This document shows, piece by piece, positions 14,012-25,200 of a DNA stretch of 34,255 nt. The notes beneath the pieces were generated by a model. The model ran no database searches. It was not told the origin of the DNA and saw nothing but the letters and a program-made list of their open reading frames with translations. The translations under genes were made by a program, and so were the position numbers. Source of the DNA: a virus; the IMG/VR virus record IMGVR_UViG_3300045988_071774, positions 1 to 34,255 of that record; one strand, 5' to 3'. Position 1 is the stretch's first letter. Every line of letters starts with the position of its first letter.

Positions 14012-14430
14012 TCAAACTGTCTCCGTTCGTGAAAGCTGTAGAGCGGGCCCTGCGGGAGCGCTGCAAGTACTCCGTGTATCTCGGCGAGGTCACGATCGAC
14101 AATCCGCCGATGCCGTACGCCCTGGTCGGCTTCCCGAAAGCGAACCTAGGGGACGCACCCACCCTGGACAATGCCGTGTCTGAGATCAGTTTCCTGCAGC
14201 CCATTACGACGGTCGCCTCCACAGCGGACCGGCTTCTCGTGGTCCTGGACGACGTGCGCGCCGCCCTGGAGGGCTACGAGCTGCAGGTAGGCCGGCAGCA
14301 CTGCGAGCCTCTCGTCTTGGAGTACTGCTCCGCCATGCTCCGCGACAACCAAGTGAACCTTCCGGAGAAGAAGCACCCCATGTACGCGGTGGACATGTGG
14401 CGGATCCGGGCGGTCAACCGGTTCCACTGA
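14008..14430 (+). CDS. tail terminator / tail completion protein (140 aa)
   Basis: GTGA overlap with the upstream stop. It is the last gene before the major tail protein. Confidence 0.55.
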   Translation: MIKLSPFVKAVERALRERCKYSVYLGEVTIDNPPMPYALVGFPKANLGDAPTLDNAVSEISFLQPITTVASTADRLLVVLDDVRAALEGYELQVGRQHCEPLVLEYCSAMLRDNQVNLPEKKHPMYAVDMWRIRAVNRFH

Positions 14431-14492
14431 GATACACTGACATCATCTACTGGTACGCCGTCACCGCGGCGGCGGCATGGATAGGAGAGCAA

Positions 14493-15284
14493 ATGGCTAC
14501 CAGCATCCGTACGCTCGGTGACGGGCGCATCACCCTCGTGGCGCTGGCCGACGACAAGCGGGCCGCTGACCCGAAGAACCCGACCGCCGCCGAGCTGAAC
14601 GCCGGCCTGCACCTGGAGATGCAGGTCATGAAGTCGGACTACAAGCTCGGCTCAAAGGGAAGCACCAGTGTTGAGGAGCCTGTCCTTGGCGCTGCCGGTA
14701 AGGGAACCGTCCCGGGCCCCGCCGAGTATGAGGGCAACGTTTCCGTCTACCAGTTCTTCGACGATGACGGCAACTACGTCACCTCTGACGACTCGCAGGC
14801 CTGGGACCTGCTGAAGCGTACCGGCCTTGAGTATGACCTGTACGAGCGTGAGGGCAAGAAGCCTGAGGTTCCGTTCTCTGACGGCGACCACGTCGACTGG
14901 TACCGTGTCGCTAACGGCCAGCCGCAGAAGCCTGACGACAGGACGTCGTACACGAAGCGCACCGTGACGCTGTTCATCAGTGATGCCCGGGAGAACGAGA
15001 TCGTTCTGGGTGGCGGTGTCGCCGCGGCGGCTCCGACGATCACTTCGATCGACCCTGCCGGCAAGAAGGCCGGCGACACGGTCGCTATCTCTGGTACGAA
15101 CTTCGTTGGTGTTACTGGCGTGACCTGCACGGTCGCTGGTAAGACCGCTCCGGTCGCTTCGTACCGGGTTGTGTCGTCCACGATGATCACCGCGGTGCTG
15201 CCTGCTGGCGTCCAGACCGGTAACTTCATCGTCACCAACAGCAAGGGCGCCTCCTCCGGGAAGTCCTACACCGTGGGAGCCTGA
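14493..15284 (+). CDS. major tail protein with C-terminal Ig-like (IPT/TIG- or Big-like) domain (263 aa)
   Basis: ATG 14493 has SD AGGAGA. The C-terminus PTITSIDPAGKKAGDTVAISGTNFVGVTGVTCTVAGKTAPVASYRVVSSTMITAVLP is Ig-like. It lies upstream of the chaperone pair. Confidence 0.8.
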   Translation: MATSIRTLGDGRITLVALADDKRAADPKNPTAAELNAGLHLEMQVMKSDYKLGSKGSTSVEEPVLGAAGKGTVPGPAEYEGNVSVYQFFDDDGNYVTSDDSQAWDLLKRTGLEYDLYEREGKKPEVPFSDGDHVDWYRVANGQPQKPDDRTSYTKRTVTLFISDARENEIVLGGGVAAAAPTITSIDPAGKKAGDTVAISGTNFVGVTGVTCTVAGKTAPVASYRVVSSTMITAVLPAGVQTGNFIVTNSKGASSGKSYTVGA

Positions 15285-15389
15285 TAGGCTTTCCCTTACG
15301 GGGGCTCGGCCTGGAGTGTTGGCGGTCTCTCCTGGTCGGGCCCCTTCCATTTCCGCCACACCGCTTGACCGCCGCCGGAAGGGACAGTC

Positions 15390-15923
15390 ATGACTGACAC
15401 GTCGCAGATCACCGAGGTGACCGCTGAGGATCGCACTGGCGACGCGGCTGAGCCTGAGAAGTTCGACCTCGCCCAGTGGATGGCCGGGTTCCAGCCGACC
15501 CGGAAAGCCTGCGTGCTGTACGGACGCACGGACCTGCTCGCTGTGATCGACCGTCTCGACGAGGAGGCCCGCCTGCCCGGGCTGACGGACGAGCAGAAGA
15601 GGAAGCTTCTCGCTGAGGCGCAGAAGACGCTCGAGGTTCTGAAAGAGTCGGGCGTCGAGTTCGTCGTGCAGACCATGTCCGTGTACGCGCAGAAGGAGCT
15701 CATGGAGCGCCTGGGGCACAAGACGAAGGACGACCCGGTCACCCATGAGATGGAGTGCGCTTTCCTTGCCGCCCATATCGTGGAGCCGACCGGTGTGACA
15801 GGCGAGGACATCGCCGGCCTGTACAAAGCATCCCCGCAGCAGGTGGAGAAGCTGTCTCGCGTCGTGCGGATGGTCGACACGGAGAGCCCGACTATCACGG
15901 CCCCTTTCTCGTTGAAGTCCTGA
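15390..15923 (+). CDS. tail assembly chaperone, G-like (177 aa)
   Basis: An acidic protein between the major tail and tape measure genes. A slippery heptamer lies near its 3' end. Confidence 0.8.
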   Translation: MTDTSQITEVTAEDRTGDAAEPEKFDLAQWMAGFQPTRKACVLYGRTDLLAVIDRLDEEARLPGLTDEQKRKLLAEAQKTLEVLKESGVEFVVQTMSVYAQKELMERLGHKTKDDPVTHEMECAFLAAHIVEPTGVTGEDIAGLYKASPQQVEKLSRVVRMVDTESPTITAPFSLKS

Positions 15924-16282
15924 GCGCCCCGACAGGACAGTGGTTGCGGGCGCGCGTGAAGCACGCCCTGCGATGGGGGCGGCCGCCCACAGGTATCCTG
16001 CGTGAGTCGTCGGATTGGGTGCCACAGGACTATGTCCTCGCTGAGGCGTACTCCATGTTCGAGGATTCACTGTGTCCGTGCGGGTGCGGCTACCCGCGCG
16101 GCGTTGCGTGGGACGAAATGATGGACGGATGGTTCGAGGTCCGCCAGGAAGTGTGCTACGCGAAAGCAGCCCGAGAGCAGTGGGAGGCTGAGCATGCGGA
16201 ACGGAATCGCGATGGTGAGCTGATCGACCCGCCGAAGAAAGGTGCGCTCGTCTATGTCGCGGACACGCGCGATGAGGTCTAG
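15390..16282 (+). CDS. tail assembly chaperone G-T fusion made by -1 frameshift at 15902..15908 (~297 aa)
   Basis: ORF 15755..16282 is in the -1 frame relative to 15390..15923 and has no independent SD. The junction reads ...TAPF then LVEVLSAPTGQW... Confidence 0.7.
15902..15908 (+). promoter_or_regulatory. -1 programmed frameshift slippery heptamer C_CCT_TTC
   Basis: The sequence fits X_XXY_YYZ in the zero frame (GCC CCT TTC) and lies 13 nt before the G stop codon. Confidence 0.7.
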
Positions 16283-16316
16283 GTAGACTGGAGGCCGGTT
16301 AACGTCGGAAGGGGCC

Positions 16317-19300
16317 GTGGTGGCAGATCGTACAGTCGTAGTGAAGCTGACGGCGGATGCGTCCGGCGTGAAGGCTGGCATGTCCGAGGCGTCCGCGGCA
16401 ACGAAGAGCGCCGCGGACGCGATGCAGGGCGCCGGCCAGGCCGCGCAGGGCGCCGGCGACCAGATGGGGAACGCCTCCGACAAAGGCAAGACCGGCCTTG
16501 CCGGGCTGGCTGACTCGGCCCGTCAGAACGGTGCCGCGTGGACAACGCTCGGCACGACCGTGGCCGGCGCGGGTGCGGGCTTGCTCGGCTTGGCGGGGAT
16601 GGCAGGCACGATGGCTGCGAACTTCGACGCGTCCATGTCGTCCGTGCAGGCGGCCACCCACTCCTCCTCCGAGGAGATGTCTCAGTTGCGAGAGGCCGCC
16701 ATTCAGGCCGGCGCCGACACGGCGTTCTCTGCGACTGAGGCTGCTTCTGGTATCGAGGAGCTAGCCAAGGCGGGCGTTTCCACGAAGGACATCCTCGCGG
16801 GAGGCCTGAGCGGGGCGCTGGACCTGGCTGCCGCCGGTGAGATCAGCGTGTCCGAGGCCGCGGAAACCGCGGCTACGGCTATGGTCCAGTTCAACCTGTC
16901 CGGCGACAAAGTCACGCACGTCGCCGACTTGTTGGCTGCAGGTGCCGGTAAGGCGCAGGGGGGCGTGCATGATATGGCGTACGCCCTGAAACAGTCCGGC
17001 CTTGTAGCTTCTCAGGCCGGCCTGAGTATCGAGGAGACGACGGGTTCAATCGCTGCGTTCGCGTCTGCCGGTCTGATCGGTCAGGACGCAGGCACGTCGT
17101 TCAAGACGATGCTCCAGCGCTTGGAGAATCCGTCTAAGGGCGCGAAGAACGCCATGGATGACCTAGGCATCCACATTTACGATGCGCAGGGGCACTTCAT
17201 CGGGATCACTGCCGTCGCCGAGCAGCTGCGCAACGGCATGAAGGACCTCGGCGAAGAGGAACGCAACACGGCGATGAGCACCATCTTCGGCTCGGATGCT
17301 ATCCGCGCCGCGAACGTGCTGTATAACGAGGGCGGCGAGGGCATCCAGGCCTGGATCGACAAGGTTGACGATGCCGGCTACGCCGCTGAGACTGCCCGTT
17401 TGAAGCAAGATAACCTGAAGGGCGACATCGAGAAGCTGGGCGGATCCTGGGAGACCGCCATGATCAAGATCGGCTCCTCTTCTCAGGCCCCAGTGCGTTC
17501 TGTCGTCCAGCACATCACCTCCCTAGTAGACAAGCTCGGCGAGCTTGGCAGCGGGACGCAATCGATGATCTTCAATTTCGCCGCGTTCGGAGGGGCTGCG
17601 CTGACGGCGGTTGGCGGACTCATGGTGATGGCCCCGAAGATCGTTGAGATCAAGGACGCGATGAACACGCTGAACTGGACCGCGGCGGGCTTGAAGGGCA
17701 AGTTGAGTGAGGTCGCCACTGGCATGACTGGCTTCGGTAGGGCTGGGCGCATGATGATCACCGCTGCCCTGATCGAAGGCGTGAAGCACTACGGTGACGA
17801 GGTGCGCCGCACCGGCGTGTCCGTAGACGAGATGGCATCGGCGCTCGCGCACGGCGGATCCGTCATGAACAACTTGGATTTCGACAAGGGGAAGTACTCC
17901 CTGCAGGAGTACTCGCAGGCTCTGGCGGACATTAGCCGCCCGTCCGTGTGGTCCTCCGTGCAGCAGCACCTGGCGTCATTCGCCGACGGGATCGCGGGGG
18001 CTTTCGGGGCGGACACCCGCTCTGACCTGCAGCGCACGAAAGACGCCCTCGAGACGACAGGCAAGGCGCTGTCGGGAATGTCGACCGATGAGGCTGTGTC
18101 ACAGTTCAAGAAGCTGTCATCCGAGATGACGAACGGCACGAACAAGTCGATGATCGACCTGATCAACTCGATGCCGGACTTCAAGGCCCACCTCAATGAG
18201 GTCGCCAAGCAGATGGGACTGACCGCGGACGACAACACTCGTCTCGCTATTGCTCTCGGCCAGATCGACCCGAACGCCCAGCAAGCCGCCGGCGGTACTA
18301 GCCAGCTGGACGCTGCAATCCGCAAGGCCAAGGAGGGGACCGACCAGATCGTCCCATCCATTGAGGAAGTCATCAAGGGGATCAAGACCTACGGTGATAC
18401 GGTGATCGCAAACTCCAACGCGGACATCAAGTTCCAGGAGGCGCTGAAGAACGTGAATGACGCCGTCAAAGAGAACGGCGCCACGCTGGACATCACGACA
18501 GAGAAGGGGCGTAAGAACCAGAGCGCCTTGAACGACCTGGCGTCTGCGACGTTCGCGCAGGTGCAGGCAGCGCAGGCGGCCGGCGCAGGGCAGGATGAAC
18601 TGCAGTCCAAAATGGAGACCGGGCGCGAGGCGTTCATCTCAGCTGCGGAATCCATGGGGCTTACTGAGGATGAGGCGGTTGAGCTCGCCGACAAGTACGG
18701 GCTGATCCCTGACAAGATCAACACTGAGGTCACGGCCGACACGACGCAGGCGACTGAGGCCGCTGACGGGGCGACTGCGGAGATCAACGGAATGACGGGG
18801 ACGATCAGCATTTCCGGCGATGCCGCGCAGGCGGACTACACTCTGACGGTCACCGCCGACTCTGTGAATGGGACGACGGGTGTCATTGACATCGACGCAG
18901 ATAATGACAAGGGGTTGGCGGGCCTGCAGAATACCGTCCAGACCATTGACAACAGCGACGGCACCGTCTCCATTCTCGGTGACGCCACTGGGGCACGATG
19001 GGAGAAGGACTCCATTCACACGGAGATCGACGAGACCACGGGCACCGTGACGATCTCCGGCAATGACCAGGCGTCCGGGAAGGTGCGCACGGTCAAGTAC
19101 AACATCGACCAGCTGCACGACAAGGAGATCAGCATTACCACCAGGATCAAGCAGATCTTCACGTCCGTCGGCCACTGGATTGGTGACCACGTGCCGAAAG
19201 GTTCCTGGTTGCGCGCTGAGGGCGGACCGATCACCCCGATCAAGGGGTATGCGAACGCAGGCGCCGTCCACGGTCCTGGCGGCCCGAAAGACGATTGGAT

Positions 19301-19634
19301 CCCGGCGTGGCTGTCCAATGGGGAGCACGTCTTGACGGCAGCCGAGGTGGCGGCTGCCGGCGGCCAGGATGCCGTGTACCGGCTGCGGAAGCTGATACGT
19401 GACGGTGACATCAAGCGCTACATGGAGGCGACTCGCTTCGCCGACGGGGGCGCCGCTGGCGCTGTCTCGCCGTCTACAGGTGGGGTCGGCGGGGTTTCCG
19501 TGAAGACACTCCGCCGCGCGATGGACGGCATGAACCTGGAGCTGACTATCGACGGGCAGACCACACTGACGTCTAGAATGAGGACTGTCGCCGACCAGCG
19601 AGTGGTGACCGCCTACCGCATGAGCAGGAGATGA
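16317..19634 (+). CDS. tape measure protein (1105 aa)
   Basis: The largest gene in the tail module. It has hydrophobic Gly/Ala-rich segments and a conserved-looking C-terminal motif DDWIPAWLSNGEHVLTAAEV. GTG start with SD GGAAGGGG. Confidence 0.9.
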   Translation: MVADRTVVVKLTADASGVKAGMSEASAATKSAADAMQGAGQAAQGAGDQMGNASDKGKTGLAGLADSARQNGAAWTTLGTTVAGAGAGLLGLAGMAGTMAANFDASMSSVQAATHSSSEEMSQLREAAIQAGADTAFSATEAASGIEELAKAGVSTKDILAGGLSGALDLAAAGEISVSEAAETAATAMVQFNLSGDKVTHVADLLAAGAGKAQGGVHDMAYALKQSGLVASQAGLSIEETTGSIAAFASAGLIGQDAGTSFKTMLQRLENPSKGAKNAMDDLGIHIYDAQGHFIGITAVAEQLRNGMKDLGEEERNTAMSTIFGSDAIRAANVLYNEGGEGIQAWIDKVDDAGYAAETARLKQDNLKGDIEKLGGSWETAMIKIGSSSQAPVRSVVQHITSLVDKLGELGSGTQSMIFNFAAFGGAALTAVGGLMVMAPKIVEIKDAMNTLNWTAAGLKGKLSEVATGMTGFGRAGRMMITAALIEGVKHYGDEVRRTGVSVDEMASALAHGGSVMNNLDFDKGKYSLQEYSQALADISRPSVWSSVQQHLASFADGIAGAFGADTRSDLQRTKDALETTGKALSGMSTDEAVSQFKKLSSEMTNGTNKSMIDLINSMPDFKAHLNEVAKQMGLTADDNTRLAIALGQIDPNAQQAAGGTSQLDAAIRKAKEGTDQIVPSIEEVIKGIKTYGDTVIANSNADIKFQEALKNVNDAVKENGATLDITTEKGRKNQSALNDLASATFAQVQAAQAAGAGQDELQSKMETGREAFISAAESMGLTEDEAVELADKYGLIPDKINTEVTADTTQATEAADGATAEINGMTGTISISGDAAQADYTLTVTADSVNGTTGVIDIDADNDKGLAGLQNTVQTIDNSDGTVSILGDATGARWEKDSIHTEIDETTGTVTISGNDQASGKVRTVKYNIDQLHDKEISITTRIKQIFTSVGHWIGDHVPKGSWLRAEGGPITPIKGYANAGAVHGPGGPKDDWIPAWLSNGEHVLTAAEVAAAGGQDAVYRLRKLIRDGDIKRYMEATRFADGGAAGAVSPSTGGVGGVSVKTLRRAMDGMNLELTIDGQTTLTSRMRTVADQRVVTAYRMSRR

Positions 19635-19635
19635 C

Positions 19636-20961
19636 ATGGCAGACCAGTGGATGGCCGGGTTCACGGCGACGCATACGGGGCTCTTGAGTGTCGTCCCGGA
19701 GCCGTCGCCGGAAGGGTACGCCTCCTACCCGGTGTACGTCACGTCCGACAATGACCGGGTGTTGATCTGGCATCCGCAGGACCGGTCCGCGGTGTCTGAC
19801 CCGCTCGCCCCGATCGGCATTCCAACCACGTACACGCAGGCCGGCCTGCCCCCGGTGACGTTCACCCGCCGTTCCACGGGGTCGGACATCATCTCTGACT
19901 GGTCGGGGCACGTGCGCGCCCGCGTCGACTTGATGCCGTCCACGTCGTACACGTACGAGGGCGGCCTGTCCACGGTCACCGCTTCGACCGGTGTTGTAGA
20001 CCGTTGGAGTGCGACCCCTTCGCCGCGGGCGACAACGATCGAGTGCCGCACGAAGACCTTGGATGACTTCCGGACGCTTCGTGACCTCGTGGAGATGGCC
20101 GGATACCTGATTGTCGCCCACGACACGGAGAGGTGCCGTATCCCCGGGTGCACGATCGAGCCGATCCGTGTAGTCGCCGTATCGAAGGCTACCGGCGAGC
20201 AGACTGAGGCGCGGGCTCGTGGGACTGTGGAGTGGCAGCTGTCCGTGACGGAACGGTCGAAACGGAAGATCTACACGGACGCAGAGCATGCCGGATGGAC
20301 GTATGGCGCCACCTACGCGAAGGCGGGCGTCAGTTTGGGGACGTTCTCCCCGTGCGTGACGTGGGGGGAATGGCTGCAATTCGAGAAGGATGTCCACGAC
20401 GGCAAGGTTCAGCAGCACCTCACGTACCTGTGGGGTGGCCCTGACCGTCCGGAGGACGACAAGGCGATCGGTGGGGAACGGTCTGATAACTGGTCGCCGC
20501 ATGGGAGGCCGACCCGTGGCGGTGGCGTGCGCAATGTGACGCCGACCGCCGGTACGCGGAGCTTCCGGCAGTCGCAGCCGGGGCACCGCATTCACTTGTC
20601 CGTGTACGCCCGGCGGATCACCCAGGACAAGTATGGACTGTCGAACGTCAGTGTGGGCTTGTGGTGTTCGGACGGGTTCGGTGATGCTTCGATGAACAGA
20701 GCCTTCGTGTACGACGCCGCCAGTGTCACAAAGTCCCTCCCGGACGACAACGGGTGGGTACTGATCCAGGACGACGTAACCGTCCCGGACGGGAAGCCGT
20801 GGATCACCCCGTACATCCTGCTCGACGGCGCGAATGTGCCGTTGGTGGAGTTCGGGGAGCTGACGATGGCGGACATGGACGCGCAGCAGAGCTCCACCCT
20901 GCAGACCCGCACATACCATGACGTGTGCGTGCTGCTCGCGGGACAGGAGGACCGGAAGTGA
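19636..20961 (+). CDS. minor tail protein, probable distal tail protein (Dit-like, 441 aa)
   Basis: First gene after the tape measure; ATG lies 2 nt after the tape measure stop. The call is by position. Confidence 0.6.
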   Translation: MADQWMAGFTATHTGLLSVVPEPSPEGYASYPVYVTSDNDRVLIWHPQDRSAVSDPLAPIGIPTTYTQAGLPPVTFTRRSTGSDIISDWSGHVRARVDLMPSTSYTYEGGLSTVTASTGVVDRWSATPSPRATTIECRTKTLDDFRTLRDLVEMAGYLIVAHDTERCRIPGCTIEPIRVVAVSKATGEQTEARARGTVEWQLSVTERSKRKIYTDAEHAGWTYGATYAKAGVSLGTFSPCVTWGEWLQFEKDVHDGKVQQHLTYLWGGPDRPEDDKAIGGERSDNWSPHGRPTRGGGVRNVTPTAGTRSFRQSQPGHRIHLSVYARRITQDKYGLSNVSVGLWCSDGFGDASMNRAFVYDAASVTKSLPDDNGWVLIQDDVTVPDGKPWITPYILLDGANVPLVEFGELTMADMDAQQSSTLQTRTYHDVCVLLAGQEDRK

Positions 20962-22271
20962 GGCCCGGCCCGAGCATCCCCGAGATGAATGATGCGGGCC
21001 GCTGGTCCGCACGGATGGACATCCGCTACGGTCCCAGGCTGTTCAAGAACATCCCGATGACGTCCTGCTCTCTGGATTGGGGGGAGCTGAAAGTGGATGG
21101 CACGTCCGCCTCTGCGCCGGCGTCCCTGCGTGTGGGTGCCCCTGACGACTACGCCCCGCAGCATGAGGGGGACTTCTACTCCAACTATGGGCAGATGATG
21201 TGCCCGTCCGTGATCTGCGAGTTCGAGCACGGCGGCAAGTATGAGATCCCCTTCGGGCGGTTCCGCATCACGGAGACGTCGCAGTCGCCGGAGTCGACCC
21301 CCGTGCAAGGGAAGGATCTGCTGCTCGACTTGGAGGAGAACCCTCTGTCATGGCCGCACTCTCCGCACCCCGGGGGCACGCTGATCACGGAGATGAACCG
21401 CCTGAACCCGAACCAAGGCATGACGGCGGTCCGTGTCCCGGACTCGCGCCGCGACTACCAGATCAGCCCCTACCTGCAGCTGCCCACGGATCTGCTCGTG
21501 TCGATGTCGATGATCGCGAAGGAGGCGGGGTGTGGGCTGCGGATGTCATACCGCGGCGAGATCGAGGCGTATCCGCTGCCGACGCCGTCCTCGGCGCCCG
21601 CGGAGACGTACTCGCAGGAGTCGCACATGGTGATCGGGGCGGCCCCTGTCCAGTCGCCGTCGGGGCGCATCCCGAACTGGTACTCCGTCGTGGCGAAGGG
21701 GGACGGGTCCCGCCAGTACACCGTCCACAAGGGGGACTCGTATGAGTCTGCTGTGAAGGACGACGAGAAGAACAAGACTGAGGTTGAGATGGCGATCGAC
21801 AACCTCTACCTGAACAAGGAACGTGTGTGGGCGGAGAACGCGACCCCCACCTACCAGAAGGATGCGGCGCGCTGGTCGTGGTCCAGGCAGCTGAACCCGC
21901 ACTGGACGCGCACGGAGAACGGCTGGAAGTCTGACTACGACTTCAACTTCTACGTGAAGATGAATCAAGCGTACGGCTACTACCATCCGTCCTGGTATGG
22001 GTGGGTGTCGAAGACCACTGACCTGTCATCGCAGAAGTCTTGGGACAAGGTTGTCGAGGAGGCCAACAGGTGGGCGAAGTTCGGTATGGACCGGGCGAAG
22101 TCGTGGCGCGTCCAGCTGGTCGCCGACCCGCGCATCGAGGTCGGTGACGTGATCGCCGTGGAGTACAAGCGGGGGAAGTGGTGCGTCGTGTCTGTGACGT
22201 CTTTCTCTTTGGACCTGATGGATCCGTCGCAGCCGATGACGCTGACTGGCGCGGAGCTGCGCAGCTGGTGA
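20958..22271 (+). CDS. minor tail protein, probable baseplate hub/Tal-like (437 aa)
   Basis: GTG 20958 forms a GTGA overlap with the upstream stop; an alternative ATG lies at 20985. It is the second gene after the tape measure. Confidence 0.55.
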   Translation: MRPGPSIPEMNDAGRWSARMDIRYGPRLFKNIPMTSCSLDWGELKVDGTSASAPASLRVGAPDDYAPQHEGDFYSNYGQMMCPSVICEFEHGGKYEIPFGRFRITETSQSPESTPVQGKDLLLDLEENPLSWPHSPHPGGTLITEMNRLNPNQGMTAVRVPDSRRDYQISPYLQLPTDLLVSMSMIAKEAGCGLRMSYRGEIEAYPLPTPSSAPAETYSQESHMVIGAAPVQSPSGRIPNWYSVVAKGDGSRQYTVHKGDSYESAVKDDEKNKTEVEMAIDNLYLNKERVWAENATPTYQKDAARWSWSRQLNPHWTRTENGWKSDYDFNFYVKMNQAYGYYHPSWYGWVSKTTDLSSQKSWDKVVEEANRWAKFGMDRAKSWRVQLVADPRIEVGDVIAVEYKRGKWCVVSVTSFSLDLMDPSQPMTLTGAELRSW

Positions 22272-22289
22272 GACGGTACACTGTGGTGC

Positions 22290-25200
22290 ATGACCGCATC
22301 TGACTTCAGCTCGGCCGGGTCCTTGTTCTTGGATATGCAGGACGCTCGGAAGAGTCACGCCGCCTCCGACTCCATCACCCGCTGGGTGAAGGGACAGGTG
22401 GTTGATACGCCCGACACGGACCCCACACTGCCTGCGGGGTGGGTTCGTGTCGGGATGCCGTACAACGAGCCTGACACGTACGTGACCGGGGAGACGCCCG
22501 GCCTGTACACGTGGAAGGGGGCGATGGTCACCGTCAGGATGCACTCGGATGGGACGCTCCTGTCGATCAGTGACGGCCAGGATGAGCCTGGCGACGAGCG
22601 AACCCAAGTAGAACGTCTCGGGCCGGCCGGCCGGGAGATCGCCGGCGCCATGTCTGACGCTGTGAAGGCGCAGAAGGCCGCAGAGGAGATCAAGGGGCGC
22701 GCGGACGTGGCTGCGAAGGACGCCGCCGCCGCCCAGAAAGCCGCCCTGGATGCGAAAGCCAGTGCGGATGCCGCCATGCAGAAAGCGACAACGGTGGAGG
22801 GGCAGGCGTCCGGCCTGGACGGCAAGATCACTGCCGCCCAGAAGGCCGCCGATGAGGCGAGGGCTGCGGTCGCTGGCGCTGACGCCAAGGCGACGGACGC
22901 GCAGAACAAGGCGCAGGCGGCCCTGGACGCGGTGAAGAAGTCCGGCGATAACGCTGCCGCCCTGGCGGCGGCGACTGAGGCGAAGCAGGCCGCGGACGCT
23001 GCTGGAACGCTCGCCCGGCAGGCGCAGACGGCCGCCCACCAGGCCCAGGCGTCTGTTGCGGATGCCGCCCAGAAGGCGGCGAAGGCGCAGACCTTGGCTG
23101 AGAAAGCTGACGCGAACGCCGCGGCCGTGAAGTCGACGGCGGAGTCCGCTGACGCTGCAGCGAAGAAGGCGGCGTCGGATGCGGCTGCAGCACAGGCGTC
23201 CTACAAGTCGCTGCAGGCGACCGTGTCCGCGAACTCCGCGGACCTGGTGGCGGCGAAGTTGAAGGCGGATCAGGCTACGAAGGACGCGGTAGCTGCGAAG
23301 GATGCTGCCTCGAAAGCCACCGCTGATGCGCTTGGGGCTCGTCAGGCCGCCGACGCTGCCTCGAGCAAGGCGTCCACACTGGCCGGCCAGGTGACGGTGT
23401 CGCCGTCCGTGCCGGTCTCGGCTGACGGGCAAGGGAAGCCGAAAGGCGCCGTGTGGTTCGTGCAGGACGGCCAGGGCGTCCTTACGTCCCAGTACACATG
23501 GGATGGCGTGAAGTGGTCGCTCATGCCGGTTGACGGTTCCGTCATCAAGGACGCGACGATCACGTCCGCGAAGATCGGGAACGCGGCGATCGGGTCCGCT
23601 CAGATCGCTGACGCGGCGATCACGGACGCGAAGATCGGGGGCCTGTCCGTCAGTAAGCTCCTGGTGACCGGGGGGGCGAAGATCCCCCGGGCTGTGATCG
23701 ACCAGCTCGCATCGGATGAGGCGTTCATCGGGAAGCTGTCCGCGAACTCCGTGACGGTCGACCCGGAGAACATGCTGCGCGACCCGGGGTTCACTGGATC
23801 CCCGTCGGGGGTGTGGGCTCCGTCCGTTCCGGCTGGCGGCAGTGTCGCGTTCGTGTCGGACGTTAAGGACGCGCCTGGCGGGAGGTCGTCGGGGGCTCGC
23901 CTGGTAGGCGGCAGCACGTCGGAGGCGCAGCTGAATCAGCAGTTCAAGGTCCCTGCCGGGAAGGTGTGGGTCTTGCGGCTTACGTACCGCTACTTGCAGG
24001 GGTCTGCTGGTGGCTTGCAGTTGAAGGTCGGTGGGACGTCACTCCCCGCGTTTCCGTACAAGGATACTGGGTGGCACACGGAGGACGTGGATTGGTCTCC
24101 TGCCAGCTCGGTGGCGGGCGGCGTCTGCCAGGTGTGCGCGGGCAAGGGCACCAAGGCTGAGGTTGCCGCGATCGTCTTGTGTCAGAAGGTGGGTGCGACC
24201 ATGCTCGCCCCGGGCAGTGTGACGTCTGACGCGATCTACGCCAGCAAGGAGCTGTGGGCGAAGGTCAGTGCGTTCGGGTCGGTGACCACGGAGATGCTGA
24301 CCGCGGGGAAGGCGACCATCACCGGCGATGCGGTGATCGGCAATCTGAAGGGCAACAACATCTTCGGGTCCAAGATCGTCGGGTCGTCCATGTACGCGTA
24401 CTCCGAGTCTGCTGAGTCACTCAACAAGAAAGGGTTGCCGTATAAGGCGGTCGACGCGGATGAAGGCGACTGGAACTCCCAGGCGATCCCTATGACGCGC
24501 GTGTGGGCGAACCGGTACGGCGGCTCTGACGCCGATGGGGTGTGCACGATTACGTCTGCGTCGGATACGGAGATGACCGGCAAGTACACGTCGCGCCTGG
24601 ACTTCACGTACAACGCCTGCTGGGAGACGTACGTGGACCTCCCTGACGGTGATGTGTTTGATGCGACCCTGGATTTCTGGTGCGCTGACACGGCGGGGAC
24701 GTCTGAGATGGAGATCGTCCTGCTGCGCGATGGCATCGAGTTGTCCCGCAACCGCACCTTGGACGGATGGCAGACGATCAGTATCGCGAACTGGAAGAAA
24801 GGCGACGCGGGAACGCGACGCTACTACCTGCGCGTTTTCCCGCTGTACTCGCCAACGAACGTGTCCTTCAAGAACCTGAAGCTTTGGTATCGGACGGCGT
24901 ATGACACGTCGTCGATCCGCCTGAAAGGCAACTCCCTGCTGTTCCGCCAGTCGCAGCCGGACGACAAAGGGACGAACTCGTGGTTCCGTTTCACTAACGG
25001 ACAGATGTATGCGGCCGGCACCAACCAGCTGGAGTATCAGCGCCCGCTTAAGTCGTTGGTCATGCCGCCGCACTTCATTGGGACAACGAACCAGCAGCGC
25101 ATCCTGCAGCGGAACTACTGGGAGTGGTGGCCAGGGAAGCTGCAGAACGACACCGAATGGTTCGAGTACGACGCCCAAGACTTCCGTATCGGGAAGAACA

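Noticed and set aside
22650-23420. The Ala-rich repetitive DNA in the fibre gene as a CRISPR-like array, or as a diversity-generating retroelement target.
   Set aside because: The repeats are imperfect, in-frame and encode a coiled coil. There are no regular spacers, no reverse transcriptase gene and no template-repeat copy anywhere in the genome.
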